A DNA stretch of 64,000 bases from Myxococcales bacterium. Lineage in GTDB: Bacteria; Myxococcota_A; Polyangia; Haliangiales; SHYZ01. A program made the position numbers and the translations under genes. Positions within the stretch are counted from its first letter, which is position 1, and each line of letters starts with the position of its first letter. This document shows, in pieces, positions 56,842 through 64,000 of the stretch. A model generated the notes under the pieces. That model was given only the letters and a program-made list of their open reading frames with translations, made no database searches and had not been told where the DNA came from. The stretch spans positions 1,277 through 65,276 of the forward strand of contig SHYZ01000003.1 of NCBI GenBank assembly GCA_009692535.1, written 5' to 3'.

Positions 56842-57921
56842 ATGCGCACCGTCACGCATGCCGTGCTCGCACGCCTCACGTTGCTCCTCACACTCCTCCC
56901 CGCCTGCGACGGCGGCGCCCCTGACGGTCCGTGCGACCCGGCCACCAGCGCCTGCGTGCTCGCGCACGACTTCGGCCTGCAGACGCTCGAGTCCGGGCAG
57001 GAGGCCGACGATCTCTGCCAGAGCTGGACGCTCGGCAACGAGACCGAGCTCTGGGTCTCGAGTGTCCGCTTCGAAAACGACGGCGGCTACCACCACTCCA
57101 ACTGGTTCTTCGTGCCCGACGACACCTTCGAGCTCCCCGACGGTGGCTGGCAGTGTGGCGACCACGACTTCGCCGAGCTGACCGCCGCGATCCTCGGCGG
57201 CGTGCTCTACGCACAGTCGACGCAGACCGAGCTCGAGACCCAGCAGTTCGGTCCCGCCGTCGCAGTCCGCATCCCACCGCGCTCACGCGTGATCGGCTCG
57301 ACGCACCTGCTCAACGTCGGCGACGCAACGCTCACCACCGGGCTCCGCATGACGCTCGAGACCCTCCCGCCCGGCGAGCTCGCCGTGAAGCTCGCGCCGT
57401 TCCGCCTCACCTACTACGACCTGCACCTGCCGCCCGGCGCGCGCAGCGAGTTCTCCGCCGACTGCGACATCGACCCGGCCCACCGCGACGTCACCGGGCT
57501 CCCGCTCGACCTCACGCTCCACTACTTGCTGCCGCACTTTCACTACGACGCGACCGGTTTCCAGGTCTCGCTACTCGGCGGCGCGCGCGACGGTGAGGTG
57601 CTGCATCGCACCAGCGGCTACGCCGATCCGGTCTGGGGCAAGGCGTTCCTCGAGCCGGTCGACCTCGCAGCGGCGGGCGCGACCGGCTTCTCCTTCTCCT
57701 GCACCTACGACAACCCCCGGGAGCAAGTCGTCGGCTGGGGCAACCGCGACGGCGAGATGTGCATGCTCCTCGGCTTCGCCGACACGGCGATCGCGTTCGA
57801 CGCGTCGGTCAACCACGGCGCCGGCGCCGTCACCGACGTCACCGACGGCGTCACGCACGCGAGCGGCCCATGCACGGTGCTCGGGCTGCCGTTCGATCAG
57901 ACCAAAGAAGGGGGACGCTAG
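56842..57921 (+). CDS. PHM/DBH-like copper type II monooxygenase-domain lipoprotein (paralogue of 30251..31162)
   Basis: Lipobox LLPACDGG. Candidate ligands: GGYHHSNW (HH), GSTHLLN (H), LPHFHYDATG (HxH), DGEMCMLLGF (M). Confidence 0.6.
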   Translation: MRTVTHAVLARLTLLLTLLPACDGGAPDGPCDPATSACVLAHDFGLQTLESGQEADDLCQSWTLGNETELWVSSVRFENDGGYHHSNWFFVPDDTFELPDGGWQCGDHDFAELTAAILGGVLYAQSTQTELETQQFGPAVAVRIPPRSRVIGSTHLLNVGDATLTTGLRMTLETLPPGELAVKLAPFRLTYYDLHLPPGARSEFSADCDIDPAHRDVTGLPLDLTLHYLLPHFHYDATGFQVSLLGGARDGEVLHRTSGYADPVWGKAFLEPVDLAAAGATGFSFSCTYDNPREQVVGWGNRDGEMCMLLGFADTAIAFDASVNHGAGAVTDVTDGVTHASGPCTVLGLPFDQTKEGGR

Positions 57922-57923
57922 CG

Positions 57924-59975
57924 ATGGCGATCAAGCAACTCACCGCGGAGCAGGTCGCGACCATGAGCCGGGTCGAGAAGGACCGCTACTGGCTCGAGAA
58001 CGTCTACCGCAAGGGCATGCCGCAGCTCACGCTGCGCGCCGCCGTGACCGGCTTCTTCCTCGGCGGCATCCTCTCGCTGACCAACCTCTACGTCGGCGCA
58101 AAGACCGGCTGGACGCTCGGCGTCGGCATCACCTCGGTGATCCTCGCCTTCGCCATGTTCAAGGCGCTGACCCAGGTCGGCTTCCGCGACATGACGATCC
58201 TCGAGAGCAACTGCATGCAGTCAGTGGCGACCGCCGCCGGCTACATGACCGGCCCCCTGGTCTCGGGCATCGCGGCGTACATGATGATCGAGAACCGCCT
58301 ACTCCCCTTCTGGCAGGTCTTCTTTCTCCAGGTGGTGCTCTCGGTGCTCGGCGTGTTGGTCGCGTTCCCGATGAAGCGTCGCTTCATCAACGACGAGCAG
58401 CAGCCGTTCCCCGAGGGGCAGGCGTGCGGCGTCGTGCTCGACACGCTCTACACCGCCGAAGCAAACGTGGGCCTGTTCAAGGCCAAGGCGCTCGCGATCA
58501 CCGCCGGCAGCGCGGGGTTGCTCAAGTTCATCACCGGCGAGTCGCTGATGCGGCTGGTGCAGGTGAAGGCGCTCGGGCTCAAGAAGTTCTGGTACCTGCC
58601 CGAGAGCATCGACGAGATCGCGTACCGCTGGCTGGTGACGCCGCGCATCACGGGCGTGCCGATCGACCAGCTCGGGCTCTCGCTGTCGCTCGACATGGCG
58701 ATGTTCGGCGCCGGCGGCCTCATGGGCATCCGCGCCGCCACCAGCATGTTCCTCGGCATGCTGCTCAACTACGTGCTGATCGCGCCCATCATGATCGCCG
58801 CCGGCGAAATCCCGCCGGTGCCGACGAAAGTCGACTTTTTCTACTGCGTGTCGCACCCCGAGGCGCTGCAGGGCGTCGACTTTTTCTACTGCGTGTCGCA
58901 CCCCGAGGCGCTGCAGGGCGTGATCTACAGTGCGCGGCAAATCCTCACGCGCTGGTCGCTCTGGTGGGGCGTCACGATCATGGTGGTGGCGTCGCTCGTC
59001 GCGCTCTTCGCCAAGCCGAAGATGATCCTCTCGGCGTTCGACGGCCTCAGACGCAAAAAGCCCGGCGCCGTAGTCGAAGACGATCCGGTCGCGCACATTG
59101 AGTTGCCGCTCTCCTGGTCGCTCATCGGCGTGCCGATCGTCGGCCTCATCGGCGTCTGGATGATCCACGACTGGTTCGGCGTGGCCTGGGGCTACGGGCT
59201 GCTCGCGATCCCGCTCATCATCGCGCTGACCATGATCGCCGCGAACTCCACCGCGCTCACCGGCATCACGCCGACCGGCTCGCTCTCCAAGATTCCGCAG
59301 TTCCTCTTCGGCTCGATGAACCCGCAGCATCCGGCGACCAACCTCATGCCGGCCCTCATGTGCACCGAGGTCGCGTCGAACGCGTCGAACCTGCTCATGG
59401 ACATCAAGCCGGGCTACATGCTCGGCGCCAACCCGCGGCAGCAAGCGGCCGGCCACCTGATCGGCATCGTCGCCGGCACGCTCGCGTCGACGCCGCTCTT
59501 CTACCTGCTCTTCTTGTCGGGCTACACCGACGGCGGCAACGTCCAGGAGGTGATGGTCACCAAGGAGTTCGGGTTCCCGTCAGCGCTGCAGTGGAAGGGC
59601 GTGTCGGAGCTCGTGCAGGCGGTCTTTGCCGGCGGCGGCTCGGCGATCCCGAGCTCGGCGGTCTATGCGGTGATGATCGCCGCGGTCGCGGGGCTCGCGT
59701 TCGAGGGGCTGCGCATCGGCACCAAGAACCGCTTCCCGATCTCGGCGATCGGCCTCGGCCTCGGTGTGGTGCTGCCGCCCGACTCGACGCTCGCGATGTT
59801 CGCGGGCGCGGCGTTCTTCTGGTGGATGCGGCGCCGACACGCGCAGCGCACCGGGACCCTCGCGCACCGCCTGTTCATCGAGACGCACGAGCCGATCTGC
59901 GCTGGCCTTATCGCCGGTGCCGCGCTCATCGGCATCGCTGACGTACTGGTGAAGGTGTTCGTGTTCGGGAAATGA
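57924..59975 (+). CDS. OPT-family oligopeptide transporter
   Basis: Starts 2 nt after the preceding stop, with a GAAGGGGGA RBS. N-terminus ...LTLRAAVTGFFLGGILSLTNLYVGAKTGWTLGVGITS is typical of bacterial OPT transporters. Many TM segments. Confidence 0.85.
   Translation: MAIKQLTAEQVATMSRVEKDRYWLENVYRKGMPQLTLRAAVTGFFLGGILSLTNLYVGAKTGWTLGVGITSVILAFAMFKALTQVGFRDMTILESNCMQSVATAAGYMTGPLVSGIAAYMMIENRLLPFWQVFFLQVVLSVLGVLVAFPMKRRFINDEQQPFPEGQACGVVLDTLYTAEANVGLFKAKALAITAGSAGLLKFITGESLMRLVQVKALGLKKFWYLPESIDEIAYRWLVTPRITGVPIDQLGLSLSLDMAMFGAGGLMGIRAATSMFLGMLLNYVLIAPIMIAAGEIPPVPTKVDFFYCVSHPEALQGVDFFYCVSHPEALQGVIYSARQILTRWSLWWGVTIMVVASLVALFAKPKMILSAFDGLRRKKPGAVVEDDPVAHIELPLSWSLIGVPIVGLIGVWMIHDWFGVAWGYGLLAIPLIIALTMIAANSTALTGITPTGSLSKIPQFLFGSMNPQHPATNLMPALMCTEVASNASNLLMDIKPGYMLGANPRQQAAGHLIGIVAGTLASTPLFYLLFLSGYTDGGNVQEVMVTKEFGFPSALQWKGVSELVQAVFAGGGSAIPSSAVYAVMIAAVAGLAFEGLRIGTKNRFPISAIGLGLGVVLPPDSTLAMFAGAAFFWWMRRRHAQRTGTLAHRLFIETHEPICAGLIAGAALIGIADVLVKVFVFGK
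58830..58919 (+). repeat. perfect 45-bp tandem duplication inside the OPT gene (VDFFYCVSHPEALQG x2)
   Basis: 58830-58874 is identical to 58875-58919. In frame. Confidence 0.95.
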
Positions 59976-60197
59976 CCTCGATCGTCATCGTCGATGACGA
60001 TGACGATGCCGAGGCCGAGGCCGACCTCCGCGCCGTGCTCGAGTACAACCTTACGAAGGACGGCCACGCGGTGGGCTCGGCCGCGACCGGCGCCGCTGGC
60101 CTCGCGCTCTGCCCGTGAGCGACGCCCCGACCTCCTGCTGCTCGACGTCCTGCTCCCCGACCATTCGGGCACCGAGGTCTGTCGTGAACGAGACTAG
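59972..60197 (+). pseudogene. response-regulator receiver-domain remnant (frameshifted and truncated)
   Basis: The ATG overlaps the OPT stop (ATGA). MTSIVIVDDDDD...GHAVGSAATGAAGLALCP then stops at 60116. The +1 frame continues ARERRPDLLLLDVLLPDHSGTEVCRE, then TAG at 60195-60197. No output domain follows. Confidence 0.55.
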
Positions 60198-60388
60198 ACA
60201 GAGAGCGGATGAGGAGAGGATTAAGCGCACGAGACGGAAGAACCGGAGCGAACCTGGCTACGGGAGTGGATCAGGCCCGTAGCTCCCCGAGCTCCCCCAT
60301 CGCACGAAGACTTCTCCCCCGCGCCAGACAATCGCCACACGAGGGCTATATGCCACTCGCCATGAACCGACACGACCGGAGCCCCCCC

Positions 60389-61612
60389 ATGATCCGCACC
60401 GCACTCACCGCGCTGTTCCTCACCGCCCTCGCACCCACGACCGCGCTCGCCCAGTCGCCGGCCGACCCGACGCCACCCGTGCTGCTCACTGCGCCAACCC
60501 CACTGCTCACTGACCCCGCGCCGGGCCCGTCTCCCGAAGTGCCCGAGCCGCCCGCCCCGCCGGTCGCCACTGGCACGACGCTGCTCCTCGAGACCGAACA
60601 GTTCTCACTCAAGATCGCCGGCCGGCTGCAGTCGCGCTGGGAGCTCTTCCACGACAGCGACGGTGACGACGCCACCGACGAGGAGCTAACCAACCGCTTC
60701 TCGGTCGCACGAGCCCGCCTCACCGTCGAGGGCCAGGTCTTCGGCAGCACCAACTACAAAATGCAGACCGAGTTCGGCAAGGGCTTCACCTACCTGCGCG
60801 ACTACTACCTCGACCGCCCGCTCGGCGGCATTCGCCTGCGCACCGGTCAGTTCAAAAAGCCGTTCTCGCGCCAGCAGATCACCTCGTCCGGCAGCCAGCA
60901 ACTCGTCGATCGCTCGCTCACCGACGCTGTCTTCGACGCCGGTCGCGACCTCGGCGTGATGCTGCACAACGGCTACGAGAAGTCCCCCGACGGCCTCGAG
61001 TGGGCGGTCGGCCTCGTGAACGGCACCGGCGATCGCCCGATCACCTCGTGCAGCACCGCCGTCGATCCCACCACGATGGCGGCGACCACCACCTGCAAGA
61101 CGCCGTCGAACGTGCCGACCGACATCGGCCCGACGCTGGTTGCGCGTGCCGGCTGGAACCTCGGCGGCATCAAGGGCTACAGCGAGTCCGACCTCGAGGG
61201 CGGCCCGCTCCGCGTCGCGGCCGGCGTGAGCTACATGGGCAACCTCGCCGAGGGTGACCCCGAGCAGATGGTCCACCGCGCGCAGGCGGACGTGCTCGTC
61301 AAGGTGAAGGGCGCGTCGCTCACCGCCGCCGCCTACGTCAAGAACCACCGCGTCGCCGGCGAGCGCGTCACCGACCTCGGCTTCCACCTGCAGGGCGGCA
61401 TGTTCCTCTCGCCGAAGAAGAGCGAGATCGCCGTGCGCCTGTCCGAGGTCCCGAGCGACGTCAACAAGCGCCACGAGGCGATCATCGGCTTCAACTTCTT
61501 CCTGCACGGTCACGCGCTCAAGTGGCAGACCGACGCTGGCGTGATTCACACCACCGGCGCCGAAGTGCAGACCGACCTCCAGGTCCGCACGCAGGCGCAG
61601 CTCACCTTCTAG
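60389..61612 (+). CDS. outer-membrane porin (phosphate-selective porin O/P-like)
   Basis: Signal peptide MIRTALTALFLTALAPTTALAQ. RLQSRWE...FSVARARLTVEG...TGQFKKPFSRQQ pattern. C-terminal ...QAQLTF. Alternative upstream ATGs at 60350 and 60362. Confidence 0.6.
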   Translation: MIRTALTALFLTALAPTTALAQSPADPTPPVLLTAPTPLLTDPAPGPSPEVPEPPAPPVATGTTLLLETEQFSLKIAGRLQSRWELFHDSDGDDATDEELTNRFSVARARLTVEGQVFGSTNYKMQTEFGKGFTYLRDYYLDRPLGGIRLRTGQFKKPFSRQQITSSGSQQLVDRSLTDAVFDAGRDLGVMLHNGYEKSPDGLEWAVGLVNGTGDRPITSCSTAVDPTTMAATTTCKTPSNVPTDIGPTLVARAGWNLGGIKGYSESDLEGGPLRVAAGVSYMGNLAEGDPEQMVHRAQADVLVKVKGASLTAAAYVKNHRVAGERVTDLGFHLQGGMFLSPKKSEIAVRLSEVPSDVNKRHEAIIGFNFFLHGHALKWQTDAGVIHTTGAEVQTDLQVRTQAQLTF

Positions 61613-61641
61613 CCCGCTGGGCGACCGGGCTTCGGCTTCCC

Positions 61642-62289
61642 CTAGCGCCGCCCCGCGCGTGACTCACGTGCGAGGGCGGCCACTGTGCGATCGAGCTCGT
61701 CCACCAGCGCCACCGGCGCGCCCGCCGCGCGAAACGCGCCGACGAGCGAGCGGTAGTACCAGACGATCTCCGTCGGCGGCGCGCTGAACCGCTGCCACAC
61801 CGACGGCCCCTCCGCGCGCAGGTCCGCGAGGATCGAGCGCGCGTTGTGCAGCTTGTCCGAGGCCGACACCAGCAGCACCCCCGACGGCGCTGTCCGCAGA
61901 TGAGCGATGTACGCCTCCTTCCGCGCGCGCCACGGTGGCTTCGGTTCCGCCGTCGAGTCCGAGCAGCCCAGCACGATCTCCGCGACCCCCGCGCCGAACG
62001 CGCGCCGAATCCGCGCCAGCGTCAGCATTCCGCCCTGATCCTCCACCGCGTCGTGCAAGAGCGCCGCGATCGCCTCGTCCTCCGTCGCGGCATGCTCGAG
62101 CGCAATCGACGCCACCGCCAGCAGGTGCGCGACGTACGGCGTCCGCGTCCCCTTGCGAAGCTGCGTCGCGTGCAGCCGATTCGCCAGCCGCACCGCCCGC
62201 TCGAACCGCGCACCGAGCCGCACACCGAGCCGCGCACCGAGCCGCCGTCCAGCAGAAGCACGCGTCGAGCGCGAGGAAGCGCGAGGCAT
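61642..62289 (-). CDS. HD-domain (SpoT-hydrolase-like) protein
   Basis: A..HATQLRKGTRTPYVAHLLAVA...LLHDAVED is a typical HD metal-dependent phosphohydrolase signature. Start uncertain. The 5' end contains a 12-bp x3 repeat (62209-62244). Confidence 0.65.
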   Translation of the reverse strand: MPRASSRSTRASAGRRLGARLGVRLGARFERAVRLANRLHATQLRKGTRTPYVAHLLAVASIALEHAATEDEAIAALLHDAVEDQGGMLTLARIRRAFGAGVAEIVLGCSDSTAEPKPPWRARKEAYIAHLRTAPSGVLLVSASDKLHNARSILADLRAEGPSVWQRFSAPPTEIVWYYRSLVGAFRAAGAPVALVDELDRTVAALARESRAGRR

Positions 62290-62380
62290 CGACGCGCAGC
62301 TTACTCCTGACGTCACGCTGCGTCGTCGTGCGATCCCCGTCGCTCGACGCTCACGGCGGACACGGGTACGCTCGTCGTCG

Positions 62381-63625
62381 ATGGTCGCCGTTCCCCGTCA
62401 CTTCGTCGCTGCGCTCGCTCTCCTGCTCGCGGCCTGCGGCCCGCCCGACTCGCTGCCGCGCGACGCTGCGAACGACCCGGCCGACGCCGGGCTGCCCGAT
62501 GGCGCCACGCCGCCGTCGTTCGACGCTGGCCCGATGATCGCCTGTCGCGAGGCGGCCGATGCGGGCGTGCTGGTGGACTTCGATGAGTGGACCGACCGCT
62601 ATTGCGATCACGTCTGCAGCGAGCTGTTCGCAAAGTGCCACACCGATGCTTGGCACCTCGCCAACCGCGGGCCGTTCGAGATCGGCGCGTGCCTCTCGAT
62701 GTGCAGGAACGACGTACTCACCGAGCCGCTGATGATCGGCAACTACCACTGCCACGCGCCCACCTGCGAGCAGAGCTTCGAGTGCATCGACGCCGCGCCC
62801 TACCCGATCGACCCGGCGTGCGTGGACTTCTGTCGCGAGGGCGATCGCTGTGACGCGCTCGGCCTGTTCGAGTATCGCGGCGAGACGCTCGCGTGCCAGG
62901 CGCTCTGCACCGGCAGCACGATCTACGGCAACTTCGCGTTCGAGGCGACCTGCATCGCGAACGCGCTCGCCGACGGCTGCAATATCCCCCGCGCGATTAA
63001 CTGTTACCGCTTCGTGGAGGCGCAGTGCCAGCACGTCTGCGCGCACACCAACGGACACTCGGGCGCCGGCTGCCCGCCGGGGACGGCGTATGGCGACCTC
63101 TTTCCCACCGAGGCGATCTGCGCCGAGCTCTGTAGCGATCTCTCCCCCGCCGAGGCGCTCGCGGTCGGAAGCTGCATCTCCGCCACCGACTGCGACGGTG
63201 CCGCCGCCTGCTGGCCAGCGGCCGCGCCGTCCGCGGTCCCCGAGTGCGCGCCGCTCTGCACCGATCTGCTCGCGAACTGTCCCGGGTTCGAGATCCCCAA
63301 TCAGCTGCTCTGCGAGACTTGGTGCGCGCAGCTCCACCAACTCCGCCCCGCGTTCCCCGCCTGCCTCGGCGAGCTCAACTTCTGTCCCGGCGTCCCGAAC
63401 GACCTTACCGCCTGCCCCGACACGACGATCGAGGGGCCGTGCGCCATCGTCTGTGAGCTGCTCGATTGCTGCATGCCCGGCGCCGGCGTCGGTTGTGAGC
63501 CTGAGTGCGTGCGACTGCATACCGACACGCCGCCGATCATCGAAGACCTCGCTGCGTGCCTCGCTGCCTCGCCCGATTGCGACGCTGCCGACAGCTGCAT
63601 CGCGGCGGCGGGGATCAACCCGTGA
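62381..63625 (+). CDS. hypothetical Cys-rich lipoprotein
   Basis: ATG at 62381; lipobox LLLAACGP. About 40 Cys spread over 414 aa. No recognised domain. Confidence 0.5.
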   Translation: MVAVPRHFVAALALLLAACGPPDSLPRDAANDPADAGLPDGATPPSFDAGPMIACREAADAGVLVDFDEWTDRYCDHVCSELFAKCHTDAWHLANRGPFEIGACLSMCRNDVLTEPLMIGNYHCHAPTCEQSFECIDAAPYPIDPACVDFCREGDRCDALGLFEYRGETLACQALCTGSTIYGNFAFEATCIANALADGCNIPRAINCYRFVEAQCQHVCAHTNGHSGAGCPPGTAYGDLFPTEAICAELCSDLSPAEALAVGSCISATDCDGAAACWPAAAPSAVPECAPLCTDLLANCPGFEIPNQLLCETWCAQLHQLRPAFPACLGELNFCPGVPNDLTACPDTTIEGPCAIVCELLDCCMPGAGVGCEPECVRLHTDTPPIIEDLAACLAASPDCDAADSCIAAAGINP

Positions 63626-63669
63626 CGCACGTAGCCGCACCGTCGCGCCGTCGCGCCGTCGCGTAGACG

Positions 63670-64000
63670 CTACGGCAGCAGCAGCGTCGAGCCCACGGTG
63701 GCGCGCGCCTCGAGTGCACGGTGGGCGGCCTCGACCTCGGCGAGCGGAAACGTCTGGCCGACGGTGACCTTCACCGCCCCCTGGCGCACGACGGCGAACA
63801 GCGCGGCGGCCGCCCCGAGCAGCGCCTCACGCCGCCCGACGTGCGTGGCGAGACTCGGGCGCGTGACGAAGAGCGAGCCGCGCCGCGTGAGCTCGAGCAG
63901 CTCGAGCGGCGGTACTGGGCCCGAGGCCTGCCCGAAGCTGACCAGCAGCCCGAGCGGTGCGATGCAGTCGAGCGAACGAACGATCGTGTCGCGCCCGACG
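63670..64000 (-). CDS. NADPH:quinone oxidoreductase / zinc-type alcohol dehydrogenase-like protein, 3' part only (5' end lies beyond the window)
   Basis: Reverse translation gives ...LGLLVSFGQASGPVPPLELLELTRRGSLFVTRPSL...GAVKVTVGQTFPLAEVEAAHRALEARATVGSTLLLP-TAG, a typical Qor C-terminus. Confidence 0.65.
   Translation of the reverse strand, partial: VGRDTIVRSLDCIAPLGLLVSFGQASGPVPPLELLELTRRGSLFVTRPSLATHVGRREALLGAAAALFAVVRQGAVKVTVGQTFPLAEVEAAHRALEARATVGSTLLLP

Overview
The window is very GC-rich (about 70% by eye) and gene-dense. It has many long arginine-rich antisense shadow ORFs. The gene content points to a myxobacterial (Myxococcota) chromosome: a Ser/Thr kinase with a PEGA-like ectodomain, many lipoproteins with LxxC lipoboxes, Cys-rich C-x-D-x-D-C-D repeat proteins, and VIT-VWA and propeller proteins. 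I support about 45 protein-coding genes. Housekeeping genes include glk, an acyl-CoA dehydrogenase, psuG, clpS-clpA, hemH, rsmE, aat, a translationally coupled recC-recB-recD operon, an OPT peptide transporter and a porin. The rest are mostly secreted or lipoprotein genes. I recognised no rRNA, tRNA, CRISPR array, transposase or integrase. The most interesting locus is 24180..25866 on the minus strand. There a B12-binding-type radical SAM ORF is cut by the ORF track at an in-frame TGA. Reading through that TGA gives Cys-Sec-Ala-Glu-Pro, and a SECIS-like hairpin lies 12 nt downstream of the TGA. This makes it a probable selenoprotein of unknown function, and it sits 7 nt downstream of a yggX-like Fe(II)-trafficking gene. 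Other notable points: (1) a homologue of the oomycete GP42 transglutaminase that carries a Pep-13-like VWNQP motif; (2) two PHM/DBH-like copper monooxygenase lipoproteins, one apparently operonic with the OPT transporter; (3) three decayed genes (M23-like peptidase, Sir2/CobB, response-regulator receiver); (4) an unusual density of perfect tandem duplications, including a triplicated 35-bp gene junction and a 45-bp in-frame duplication. All functional calls rest on motif recognition by eye; no database search was possible.
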